This document shows, piece after piece, positions 47,762-56,198 of a stretch of 64,000 nt of DNA. Within the stretch, counting starts at the first letter, position 1; each line of letters begins with the position of its first letter. Both the position numbers and the translations under genes were made by a program. Source of the stretch: Agathobaculum sp. (GTDB lineage: Bacteria > Bacillota > Clostridia > Oscillospirales > Butyricicoccaceae); contig NZ_JAXEOA010000011.1 in the NCBI RefSeq assembly GCF_034098985.1, positions 66,302-130,301 on the forward strand. Reading direction: 5' to 3'. Under the pieces are notes generated by a model. The model was not told the DNA's origin. It was given only the letters and a program-made list of their open reading frames with translations, and ran no database searches.

Positions 47762-48205
47762 ATGGATTTGGCAGTGGGATCGATCGTGGACGGCAAGGTG
47801 ACCGGTATCACCAAATTCGGCGCGTTTGTGGCATTGCCCGAGGGCAAATCGGGTATGGTGCACATTTCGGAGGTCGCGTCGAGTTTCGTCAATGACATCA
47901 AGGATTTTTTGCAGGAAGGCCAGGAAGTGAAGGTCAAGATCATTGGGATTGATCAGGCCGGACGCATTAACCTGTCCATCAAAAAAGCGCAGGCGCCCCA
48001 GCAGGGGCCGGGGAACTTTGTCCCGCGCCAGCCGCGTTTTTCGCGTCCATCCGCGCCGCGGGGACGCGCGGCGCAGCCGCCCAAGGATCCTGCGAGCATG
48101 ACGTTTGAGGATAAGCTCAAGGCATTCATGTCGGACAGCGAGACCCGGCAGGCTGACGTGCGCCATGCGACTGACCGCAAGAACGGCTCACGCCGCCGTA
48201 AATAG
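47762..48205 (+). CDS. S1 RNA-binding domain protein (YabR-like)
   Basis: VGSIVDGKVTGITKFGAFVALPEGKSGMVHISEV is an S1 domain. The C-terminus is basic. Confidence 0.9.
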   Translation: MDLAVGSIVDGKVTGITKFGAFVALPEGKSGMVHISEVASSFVNDIKDFLQEGQEVKVKIIGIDQAGRINLSIKKAQAPQQGPGNFVPRQPRFSRPSAPRGRAAQPPKDPASMTFEDKLKAFMSDSETRQADVRHATDRKNGSRRRK

Positions 48206-48208
48206 GAT

Positions 48209-48240
48209 AAAAACCGAGGCTTGCCTCGGTTTTCCTTTTA
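48209..48240 (+). terminator. Terminator after the yabR-like gene
   Basis: CCGAGGC-TT-GCCTCGG followed by TTTT. Confidence 0.8.
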
Positions 48241-48406
48241 TCCCATAGAAAAAAGAGGGCGTCCTGCCGCTTGCCGCGGCCGGACGCCAAAAATAGGATT
48301 GTGGGGATAAAGATATGAACGGTGCATGGCAGCATTTCTGCTACCATGGTTAATATACCATAAATTACAAATAATGTCAATTACTTTTTTAAAAAAGAGG
48401 AATCGG

Positions 48407-49582
48407 ATGAAGCGTACACTGATAAAAAACGTGACGGTGGTCACCATGAATGAAAAAGACGAGCGGTTTCCCGGTTGGATCGTGTTGGAGGGTGGAAAGT
48501 TTGGCGCGCTCGGCGCGGGGCTGCCCCCGGCGGACGCGTTTGATGAAACCGTGGATGGGCAGGGCGGGTATCTGCTGCCCGGCTTGATCGATGTGCACTC
48601 CCACCTCGGCCTATATGAGGACGGCCTCGGCTTCGAGGGAGCGGACGGCAATGAGGACACGGATCCGATTACACCGCAGCTGCGCGCGATTGACGGTGTG
48701 AACCCGATGGATCAGGCTTTCCGGGAGGCGCTCGATGCGGGCGTGACCACGGTGGCGGTCAGCCCGGGCAGCGCAAATCCTATTGGCGGGCAGGTCGCGC
48801 TGGTCAAAACGGCGGGCCGGCGGATCGACGACATGGTGCTGAAAGCGCCGCTCGCGGTGAAATTTGCTTTTGGCGAAAACCCTAAGTCGGTCTATCATGA
48901 TAAGGATGAGACGCCTGTGACACGGATGGCCACGGCGGCGCTTATCCGTGAGCAGCTCTATAAGGCTAAGGAATATCTCTGGCGAAAGGAGCGCGCACAG
49001 GCTGACCCCGATGAGGACGAGCCTGATTACGACATGAAGCTGGAGGCGCTCGTGCCGCTGCTGCGGGGCGAGATCACGGCGCATTTCCATGCGCACCGCG
49101 CGGACGATATTTTCACCGCGCTGCGGATTGCAAAGGAATTTGAGTTGCGCCCGGTCATCGTGCATGGCACCGAGGCACACATGGTGGCTGATCTGCTGGC
49201 AGGGGAAAACGTACCAGTGGTAAACGGGCCGTATATGACCGACCGTTCCAAGCCGGAATTAAAGAACCTGACTGAGCGCGCCCCCGCGCTGCTGCGGGAG
49301 GCCGGCATCGAGACTGCGATCACGGTCGACCATCCGGAGATCCCGCTCCGGCTGCTGCTGACGGCTGTGCAGCTTGCTGTGCGCGCGGGCATGGATGAAA
49401 CCGACGCGCTGCGTGCCGTCACCTCGGTACCCGCACACATTGCGGGCATGGGCGACCGCTTAGGTATGCTGAAACCCGGTATGGACGCTGACCTTGTACT
49501 GTTTTCCGGGCATCCGCTCGATTGGAAAAGCCGTGTGCAGGCCGTCTGGGTGGACGGCGAAACGCAGGTTAGGAGGATGTAA
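48407..49582 (+). CDS. Amidohydrolase family protein
   Basis: MKRTLIKNVTVVTMNE...LLPGLIDVHSHLG (HxH metal motif). ATG 48407 follows AGAGGA. Confidence 0.85.
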   Translation: MKRTLIKNVTVVTMNEKDERFPGWIVLEGGKFGALGAGLPPADAFDETVDGQGGYLLPGLIDVHSHLGLYEDGLGFEGADGNEDTDPITPQLRAIDGVNPMDQAFREALDAGVTTVAVSPGSANPIGGQVALVKTAGRRIDDMVLKAPLAVKFAFGENPKSVYHDKDETPVTRMATAALIREQLYKAKEYLWRKERAQADPDEDEPDYDMKLEALVPLLRGEITAHFHAHRADDIFTALRIAKEFELRPVIVHGTEAHMVADLLAGENVPVVNGPYMTDRSKPELKNLTERAPALLREAGIETAITVDHPEIPLRLLLTAVQLAVRAGMDETDALRAVTSVPAHIAGMGDRLGMLKPGMDADLVLFSGHPLDWKSRVQAVWVDGETQVRRM

Positions 49583-50425
49583 ATGAAAACTATTGATGTA
49601 AAAGATGTGACCGCGCTCGTGCGTAAGCTGTGCATCAACGCAAACTATTACCTGCCCGCCGACCTGCGGCAGGCGTTTATCGAGGGTGAGAAAGCCGAAC
49701 AGTCGCCGCTGGGCAAGGAGATCTTCGGAGAGATGATCGCAAACTGTGACCTTGCGCGGCAGAACGACGTACCGGTCTGCCAGGACACGGGAATGGCGGT
49801 CATTTTCGCGGAGATTGGACAGGACGTGCATCTGGTGGGCGGCGATTTTGAGGCCGCGGTCAACGAAGGCGTGCGCCGGGGCTACATCGACGGCTATCTG
49901 CGCCTGTCGGTCGTTGGCGACCCACTACGCCGCGAGAATACGAATGACAATACGCCCGCGATCTTGTATACATCGATCGTGCAGGGCGAGCAGGTCAAGA
50001 TTACGGTCGCGCCCAAGGGCTTCGGCTCGGAGAATATGTCGGCGATGAAGATGTTTACGCCGGCCGCTGCTAAAGAAGATATTGTAAAATTTGTGACCGA
50101 TGCCTGTGTGAACGCGGGTTCCAACCCCTGCCCGCCCATCGTGATCGGCGTGGGACTGGGCGGCACGTCGGACAAGGCGGCCTACCTCGCCAAGCGCGCG
50201 TTGCTGCGTCCGGTAGGCGTGCATCACAGCGATCCGCTTTATGCCGAAATGGAGCAGGAAATATTAGAGCAGGTAAACGCCTCGGGCGTTGGCCCGCAGG
50301 GGCTGGGCGGCACGGTCACCGCGCTTTCGTGTGCGATCGAGCCGTTTGGCACGCATATCGCGGGGTTGCCGTGCGTGGTCAATATTTCATGCCATGTCAC
50401 CCGTCATGCAGAGGGGATCCTTTAA
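49583..50425 (+). CDS. Fe-S type hydro-lyase alpha subunit (class I fumarate hydratase / tartrate dehydratase alpha type)
   Basis: 280 aa with QDTGMAVIFAEIG and GLGGTS motifs. The ATG abuts the amidohydrolase stop, with AGGAGG inside the upstream gene's end. Confidence 0.85.
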   Translation: MKTIDVKDVTALVRKLCINANYYLPADLRQAFIEGEKAEQSPLGKEIFGEMIANCDLARQNDVPVCQDTGMAVIFAEIGQDVHLVGGDFEAAVNEGVRRGYIDGYLRLSVVGDPLRRENTNDNTPAILYTSIVQGEQVKITVAPKGFGSENMSAMKMFTPAAAKEDIVKFVTDACVNAGSNPCPPIVIGVGLGGTSDKAAYLAKRALLRPVGVHHSDPLYAEMEQEILEQVNASGVGPQGLGGTVTALSCAIEPFGTHIAGLPCVVNISCHVTRHAEGIL

Positions 50426-50563
50426 GGTTTCTTGGGGAAAATGCTGAACAAAATGTAAAAATATCGAAAATATATTGGACAATATAGATAAAGACGTGGT
50501 ATACTAATGGTAGCAAATCCCCATATAGTAACAAGGGCCCGCGGCCCGTTAGGAGATGATGTT

Positions 50564-51091
50564 ATGAAGTTCACCATCGTCGAGAGAAAAATGAAGATTG
50601 AAGATGATCTGCGGGAGTACGCGCTGCGCAAGGTCGAAAAGCTCGATCGGTATTTCCATCAGGATTCCGATGCGACGCTGACTTTCAGCGAGCTGCGCGG
50701 TAGGCAGACGGTGGAAATTACGGTGCGCCAGAGCGGTCTGGTTATCCGTGCCGAGGAAACCACGACGGACATGTTCGCTTCGGTGGACGGCGCGATCAGC
50801 AGCATCGAACGCCAGATTCGCAAGCACAAGACCCGCTTGGAGAAACGGTTGCGCGAGGGAGCCTTTGATAAGGCCGCTGAGCAGCAGGCTGCGCTTGCCG
50901 AGGAGGATTTCGATATCGTGCGGCGCAAGCGCTTTGACGTAAAGCCGATGAGCGTGGACGAAGCTGTGCTGCAGATGAACCTGCTCGACCATCAGTTCTA
51001 TTTCTTCCGTAACGCGGACAACGACAACCTGCACGCCGTTGTGTACAAGCGCGCTTCGGGCGGATATGGCCTAATCGAAGGCGAAGAATAA
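50564..51091 (+). CDS. hpf: Ribosome hibernation promoting factor (long HPF)
   Basis: MKFTIVERKMKIEDDLREYALRKVEKLDRYF and the C-terminal dimerisation domain VRRKRFDVKPMSVDEAVLQMNLLDHQFYFFRN. Confidence 0.95.
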   Translation: MKFTIVERKMKIEDDLREYALRKVEKLDRYFHQDSDATLTFSELRGRQTVEITVRQSGLVIRAEETTTDMFASVDGAISSIERQIRKHKTRLEKRLREGAFDKAAEQQAALAEEDFDIVRRKRFDVKPMSVDEAVLQMNLLDHQFYFFRNADNDNLHAVVYKRASGGYGLIEGEE

Positions 51092-51103
51092 ATAGGAAAA
51101 CGG

Positions 51104-51141
51104 ACAGGCCGGCAGCGCACGTGCGTTGCCGGCCTGTTTTG
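51104..51141 (+). terminator. Terminator after hpf
   Basis: ACAGGCCGGCA...TGCCGGCCTGT long hairpin followed by TTTT. Confidence 0.8.
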
Positions 51142-51162
51142 TGAGAAGACGGAGAAGACAAG

Positions 51163-52026
51163 ATGGGACTTTGCGATATACATGACATTCGGGCGATTCT
51201 GGGCCGTCACGGCTTTCATTTTTCCAAATCGCTCGGACAGAATTTTTTAACGGACCCGTCGGTACCTGCAGGCATCGCGGAGGCGAGCGGTGCGGCGGAA
51301 ACGCGGAACGTTATTGAGGTCGGCCCCGGCATGGGATGCCTGACTGCTGAGCTGTGCCGGCGGGCGGACAAGGTGGTCGCGGTCGAGCTGGACCGCGCGT
51401 TGCTGCCGGTCCTGGAAGAGACCCTTGCCGGATTTGACAATATTGAGGTCGTGCAGGGCGATGTGCTCGCGCTTGACCTGAAAGCGCTGTGCCGCGAAAA
51501 ATTTGGAGACGCGCCCGCTGCCGCGTGCGCCAATCTGCCATATTATATCACAACGCCGGCTATCACCGCGCTGCTGGAAAGCGGGGCATTCACACGCATT
51601 ACGGTCATGGTGCAGCGTGAGGTCGCGCGGCGCATCTGCGCCAAACCGGGAACACCGGATTATTCGGCGTTTTCCATCTATGTGCAGTACCACGCGGCTG
51701 CGGAGATCCTGTTTGATGTGCCCGCAGACTGCTTTGTGCCGCAGCCCAAAGTGGATTCGGCTGTGCTGCAGCTGACGCCGCTTGCAAAGCCTCCCGTCGA
51801 AACCCGGGATGAAAAACTGTTTTTCGCTCTGGTCCGCGCAGCGTTCAACATGCGCCGCAAAACGCTGGTCAATGCACTCGGCCCGGTGCTGGGCAGTCGA
51901 ATAGGGAAAGCGGAGATTACGGCGCTGGTCGAGTCGGTCGGTCTGGACGTGCGCGTGCGCGGCGAACGCCTGTCGCTCGCGGATTTCGCAAAGCTGGCCG
52001 ATGCGGTGTGTGAAAAGGGGGCGTGA
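51163..52026 (+). CDS. rsmA: 16S rRNA (adenine1518/1519-N6)-dimethyltransferase
   Basis: FSKSLGQNFL, VIEVGPGMGCLT, ANLPYYITTP. Confidence 0.95.
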   Translation: MGLCDIHDIRAILGRHGFHFSKSLGQNFLTDPSVPAGIAEASGAAETRNVIEVGPGMGCLTAELCRRADKVVAVELDRALLPVLEETLAGFDNIEVVQGDVLALDLKALCREKFGDAPAAACANLPYYITTPAITALLESGAFTRITVMVQREVARRICAKPGTPDYSAFSIYVQYHAAAEILFDVPADCFVPQPKVDSAVLQLTPLAKPPVETRDEKLFFALVRAAFNMRRKTLVNALGPVLGSRIGKAEITALVESVGLDVRVRGERLSLADFAKLADAVCEKGA

Positions 52027-52031
52027 AAGCC

Positions 52032-52376
52032 ATGGCATCTACGCTGGAATTTGTACAGTATGTGTGCGACCAGTTGTCCGAGGCGGGGACCATCACGTTT
52101 AAACGCATGTTCGGTGAGTTTGGCCTTTACTGCGACGGTAAGTTTTTTGCAACCGTCGAGGATGACCAACTCTGCCTGAAAATGACTGAAGCAGGCAAGG
52201 AGTTGCTGGGCGAACCTGTGGTCATCGAGCCGCACGAGGGCGCGCACTACTTTTATATTGAAAATCTGGACGACCGCACATTTCTCGGCAGGCTTGTCCG
52301 CGCAACCTGCGGCGCGCTGCCCGCACGAAAGCCGCGAAAACGGAAAAAGGCATCTGAGCAAGGCTCAGATGCCTAA
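52032..52376 (+). CDS. TfoX/Sxy N-terminal domain protein
   Basis: MASTLEFVQYVCDQLSEAGTITFKRMFGEFGLYCDGKFFATVEDDQLCLKM. ATG 52032 is preferred over GTG 52023. Confidence 0.8.
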   Translation: MASTLEFVQYVCDQLSEAGTITFKRMFGEFGLYCDGKFFATVEDDQLCLKMTEAGKELLGEPVVIEPHEGAHYFYIENLDDRTFLGRLVRATCGALPARKPRKRKKASEQGSDA

Positions 52377-52378
52377 AA
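52344..52378. terminator. Hairpin spanning the overlapping 3' ends of tfoX-like and the convergent small-protein operon
   Basis: GGCATCTGAGC-AAG-GCTCAGATGCC (52349-52373), flanked by A-rich runs. Confidence 0.55.
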
Positions 52379-52667
52379 TGAGCAGCGCCCCGATCATCAG
52401 CAGAAGATCCCAGTCCAAATCCTCGCCGTCGGACAGCAAAAACCATACGACGACGAGCACCAGGATCGTATCCATGTCCAGCTTAATGTTTTGCAGCCGT
52501 CCGGTCAGCAGGCGCGGGATCCCGGAAAAGACCGACGCGGAACCGGGCGGCGTTTGCTCGCCCGCGTGCTGCTGAGGAGGTTCAGGTTCGGCAGCAGGGG
52601 GGCTGGTATGTACCGGGGGCTGCTGTTGGGGTGCTGCGGCTGACGAAGCCAGATAGCGGTTGTACAA
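52365..52667 (-). CDS. Hypothetical small membrane protein (third gene of the small-protein operon)
   Basis: TTG start 7 nt after AGGGAGAG. The N-terminal half is Pro/Gln/Ala-rich and the C-terminus is hydrophobic (ILVLVVVWFLLSDGEDLDWDLLLMIGALLILGI). I recognise no family. Confidence 0.6.
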   Translation of the reverse strand: MYNRYLASSAAAPQQQPPVHTSPPAAEPEPPQQHAGEQTPPGSASVFSGIPRLLTGRLQNIKLDMDTILVLVVVWFLLSDGEDLDWDLLLMIGALLILGI

Positions 52668-52685
52668 GAAGAATCTCTCCCTTGC

Positions 52686-53090
52686 TTAAAGCGATTGCGT
52701 GCCGTCTGGCGGCGCGTCTTTTTTTTGCCCGACCTGGCCGAGCGCGGCGCGCGCCATCCGCGCCATGCTGACTAGCCGCATCGCGTGGTCGAAGTGCCCT
52801 GCGACCTGGTCGGTGACAAAGGGCTTGACAGCATTCAAAAGCGCGCGTTTTTCCGGCCCTACCGCCGTTTGTCCGCTCTGCACGATGCTGCTGATAACGG
52901 GGAGTGCGCGCTCCATCAACTCCTGAGACGGGTCGTAATCCCGGCTGGGGGAGGGGGCGCCCATCCCGGGCGGAGCACTGCTTCCCGCGCTTGGCATCGT
53001 GCCGCCGCCCAGCATATCGGACGCCATTTTCATGGCGCTTTGCAGCTTCTCCGGGTCGTTAAACAGCGAAGAAAGCATATCATTGTCCAT
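52686..53090 (-). CDS. Hypothetical protein (second gene of the small-protein operon)
   Basis: ATG lies 8 nt after GGAGG. N-terminus MDNDMLSSLFNDPEKLQSAMKMASDMLGG, a low-complexity middle, and a helical C-terminus (KRALLNAVKPFVTDQVAGHFDHAMRLVSMARMARAAL). Confidence 0.6.
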   Translation of the reverse strand: MDNDMLSSLFNDPEKLQSAMKMASDMLGGGTMPSAGSSAPPGMGAPSPSRDYDPSQELMERALPVISSIVQSGQTAVGPEKRALLNAVKPFVTDQVAGHFDHAMRLVSMARMARAALGQVGQKKDAPPDGTQSL

Positions 53091-53104
53091 TGGACAGTCC
53101 TCCT

Positions 53105-53383
53105 TTATTTAGGGAATAGCATGCTGCGGATCTGGTTGGCGAGCGTCGCACCCTCGCCGGTCTGCATCAATTGGTTGGCCAACCGGGCGGCTTCAGCCAT
53201 GTCGCCGCGCTGGACGGCCTGCGCCGCGCGTTCGAGCGCATCGGCGTTCTGGGATGAAATGATTTTGGCGGCTTTCTGTCCGTCGGGCGAGGAAAGCGCG
53301 GCGCGCAGTTTTTCCATGGTTTGGTCGCCGCCGGCCTGGTTGGCGAGCTGTCGGGCGATCTCATTAAAATCGGGCATTGGCAT
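53105..53383 (-). CDS. Hypothetical small helical protein (first gene of the small-protein operon)
   Basis: GGAGGG SD, then ATG 53383. The protein is MPMPDFNEIARQLANQAGGDQTMEKLRAALSSPDGQKAAKIISSQN... (92 aa). The longer ORF-track start lacks support. Confidence 0.55.
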   Translation of the reverse strand: MPMPDFNEIARQLANQAGGDQTMEKLRAALSSPDGQKAAKIISSQNADALERAAQAVQRGDMAEAARLANQLMQTGEGATLANQIRSMLFPK

Positions 53384-53510
53384 ATCCCTCCGCAAGTCTT
53401 GATGCTGCATTATATGCGCGAGACCGCGGGAAATGTGAAAACGCGGGTTTACAACTTGGTTCAGCCGGTGTAGAATACGACATGTAACACGGTAAAGGAG
53501 TGGCAGTCGC

Positions 53511-54020
53511 ATGAAGATCGTGGTTTTCGCGGATTCTCACGGGCGGAACGCGGGGATGTTTTATGTCATCGAACGGGAACGGCCCGATTCGGTCATCCAT
53601 CTGGGCGATTACGCGGAGGACGCGGACGAGCTGGCTCGGGCGTATCCGGCGCTGCCGGTCTACCGGGTGCGCGGCAATAATGATTATGCTTCGGACGCGC
53701 CGCTCAATGCGGTCGTCACGCCGGATAACGTGCCGCTTTACCTGACGCACGGCCACAAGGAGCGGGTCTCGATGCTGTCGCCAGGCCATGTGGCAAGGCG
53801 GGCGCGGGAGGAAAAATGTGCGGTTGCGTTTTATGGGCATACGCATCGCGCACTGCTTGAACGGTCGGAAGGCGGCGTGTGGGTATGTAACCCAGGCAGC
53901 ATCAGCCTGCCGCGCGGAGGCCCCGCGAGCTATGCTCGGCTCGTCATCGAAGACCATAAAGCGCGGCTTTTAGAGCTGCTGGACGAGGACGGGGAACGAA
54001 TCGGCGCGGAGCGGCTGTAA
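53511..54020 (+). CDS. YfcE/MJ0936-family metallophosphoesterase
   Basis: MKIVVFADSHG...HLGDY...VRGNND...LTHGH...YGHTH. Confidence 0.85.
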   Translation: MKIVVFADSHGRNAGMFYVIERERPDSVIHLGDYAEDADELARAYPALPVYRVRGNNDYASDAPLNAVVTPDNVPLYLTHGHKERVSMLSPGHVARRAREEKCAVAFYGHTHRALLERSEGGVWVCNPGSISLPRGGPASYARLVIEDHKARLLELLDEDGERIGAERL

Positions 54021-54043
54021 ACCAACATGAAAGGGAATCAGAC

Positions 54044-54871
54044 ATGCTTTTGGCAATTGACGTGGGCAATACCAATATGGTATTCGGCCTTTATGAAGGG
54101 AAGACGCTGCGGGGGGCGTTCCGTATTTCGACCAACGCCGAGCGCACCTCGGACGAGCTTGGTATGCAGATCATCCAATATTTTCAGTTTTTGAAAATGG
54201 ATCCCGAGCAGACGCGTGCGGTGCTGATCGCGTCGGTCGTGCCGCAGGTCATGTATACGCTAGTCAACGCGATCCGCAAATATTTGCGTGTGCAGCCGCT
54301 GATGGCTGGGCGCGATGTCGACATTGGCGTGCCCAACCGCTATTCCAACCCGCGGGAAGTTGGTATCGACCGGTTGGTCAATGCGGTGAGCGCGGTCGAG
54401 GAATACGGAAAGCCGCTCGTGATCGTCGATATCGGCACGGCGACCACATTTGACGCAATCGATGCAAACGGCGCCTATCAGGGCGGCGCAATTTTTCCGG
54501 GCATCAAGGTCGCTATGGAAGCGCTGTTCCTGAAAGCCTCCAAGCTGCCGCGCGTCGATATCGAGCGGCCGGAGCACGCAATCGGCAAAACGACCGTGCA
54601 GTCGATGCAGTCGGGCGCGGTGCGCGGCTATGTCGGCGCGCTGACCGGCATCATCACCGATATCCAGCAGGAGCTTGGCGGGCAGGCGCGCGTCGTCGCA
54701 ACAGGCGGCATGGGGCGCATGATGGCACAGTACTGTGACTTGATCGACGTAGTCGCTCCAAATCTGACGCTGGACGGACTGCAGCTTTTGTATGAGCGGA
54801 ACCGATCGGCATTTCCGGGACAAAAGCTTGGAAACGGGGAACAGCCGATAGAAGTCAGCGAGGAGACTTGA
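54044..54871 (+). CDS. coaX: Type III pantothenate kinase
   Basis: MLLAIDVGNTNMVFG, VGIDRLVNAV, LVIVDIGTATTFD. Confidence 0.9.
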   Translation: MLLAIDVGNTNMVFGLYEGKTLRGAFRISTNAERTSDELGMQIIQYFQFLKMDPEQTRAVLIASVVPQVMYTLVNAIRKYLRVQPLMAGRDVDIGVPNRYSNPREVGIDRLVNAVSAVEEYGKPLVIVDIGTATTFDAIDANGAYQGGAIFPGIKVAMEALFLKASKLPRVDIERPEHAIGKTTVQSMQSGAVRGYVGALTGIITDIQQELGGQARVVATGGMGRMMAQYCDLIDVVAPNLTLDGLQLLYERNRSAFPGQKLGNGEQPIEVSEET

Positions 54872-54899
54872 GCATTGAAGCAGAATCAATACGACCGAC

Positions 54900-55307
54900 G
54901 TGGTAATGAGTTCGCTCGCGTTTCACTACATCGCCTCCTTTGACGAAATGGCCAGACGGATATACCGCTGGCTTACGCCGGGAGGCACATTCGTTTTTTC
55001 TTGCGAACATCCGGTGTTTACCGCGCAGGGACCTCAACAGTGGCATACCGGGGCGGATGGGGAAATCCTGCATTTTCCGGTCGACCGCTATATTGAAGAG
55101 GGCGCGCGCGACGCGACATTTCTTGGTGAGCAGGTGACCAAATATCACCGGACGCTGACGAGCTACATCGGCGCGCTGCTGCAAAATGGCTTTTCGCTGA
55201 CTGGGCTAACGGAACCGCAGCCCCCGCAGGAATTGATCGACACGGTGCCCGGCATGGCGGACGAGCTTCGCCGTCCAATGATGCTCATTCTTTCCGCAAA
55301 AAAATAA
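54900..55307 (+). pseudogene. 5'-truncated class I SAM-dependent methyltransferase
   Basis: Only the C-terminal ~135 aa are present (VVMSSLAFHYIASFDEMARRIYRWLTPGGTFVFSCEHP). The SAM-binding N-terminal part is absent, and the coaX stop lies 28 nt upstream. Confidence 0.65.
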
Positions 55308-55337
55308 AAAAGAGCCTGCATAGTGCAGGCTCTTTTC
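55306..55337. terminator. Bidirectional terminator between the methyltransferase remnant and nth
   Basis: AAAAA-AGAGCCTGCA-TAG-TGCAGGCTCT-TTT. Confidence 0.75.
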
Positions 55338-55343
55338 GTTTGC

Positions 55344-55982
55344 TTATTTCCCGATGGGGAACGAGGGACACACGGCCGCGAGCGGGCAGTTTTGGCATTT
55401 GGGGCTTCTCGCGGTGCAGCATTCGCGGCCGTGCAGCACTAAACGGTGGCAGAAATCTGAGGACTCTTTGGGGTCGAGCAGCTTGCGAAGCGCGGTTTCA
55501 ACTTTCAGAGGGTCTTTCTCGTCTTTGACAAATCCCAGCCGGTTTGACAGACGGATGCAGTGTGTGTCGGTGACGACGGCAGGCTGGCCGTAAATGTCGC
55601 CCAGAATCAAGTTGGCCGTTTTGCGGCCGATACCGGGCAGCTTCAGCAGATCCTCCATATTGTCCGGCACCTTGCCGCCAAAGTCGGCAAGCAGCATGAC
55701 GGCGCAGGCCTTGAGGTCGCGCGCTTTGGTATGAAAAAGGCCGCAGGTCTTGATACCCGCTTCGATCTCATCGAGTGGCGCTTCTGCAAAGCTCTCAAGC
55801 GTCGGAAAAGTCTGAAACAGCTCTTTGGTCACGAGGTTTACACGCGCGTCTGTGCACTGGGCGGAAAGCCGCGTGGCGAACAGCAGTTCATAATCATGGG
55901 TGTATTGTAGGGCGCAGACAGCGTCAGGATAGGCTTCTTTGAGAAGCGTGGTCACCGCAGCGGCGCGTTCCTTTCTGGTCAT
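55344..55982 (-). CDS. nth: Endonuclease III
   Basis: HhH-GPD motif (LPGIGRKTANLILG) and a C-terminal 4Fe-4S cluster (CTARSPKCQNCPLAAVC). ATG 55982 follows GGGAGA. Confidence 0.9.
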   Translation of the reverse strand: MTRKERAAAVTTLLKEAYPDAVCALQYTHDYELLFATRLSAQCTDARVNLVTKELFQTFPTLESFAEAPLDEIEAGIKTCGLFHTKARDLKACAVMLLADFGGKVPDNMEDLLKLPGIGRKTANLILGDIYGQPAVVTDTHCIRLSNRLGFVKDEKDPLKVETALRKLLDPKESSDFCHRLVLHGRECCTARSPKCQNCPLAAVCPSFPIGK

Positions 55983-56198
55983 ATCTATCATCTCCCGTAT
56001 TTGTCGATATTCTGTCATCATCATATCATAATCGACAGAAAATGCAAGCGGCGCGGCCGCTTTTAACAAATTTAACATAAAGAAGTGTGAAAGCGCTCTA
56101 AAATCTATCTGTTTGACGGTAGTAAAGCCCTATGAATTATGGTTTAATTAGTTTAAAGCAATGTGCAGATATTTGATGTGTTTGATGGAGGTTGCAAA

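Noticed and set aside
50426-50563. raiA-motif RNA or another riboswitch upstream of hpf.
   Set aside because: The gap is only about 138 nt and is largely taken up by a promoter (TTGGAC...TGGTATACT) and one GC palindrome (GGGCCCGCGGCCC). That is too short, and it lacks the multi-stem structure I would expect.
55983-56198. Riboswitch (ZTP/THF/T-box) in the glyA upstream region.
   Set aside because: There are only simple hairpins (TTCTGTC...GACAGAA; AAGCGGC...GCCGCTT). There is no CCGCCTGGGC-type pseudoknot element or other consensus I could recognise.
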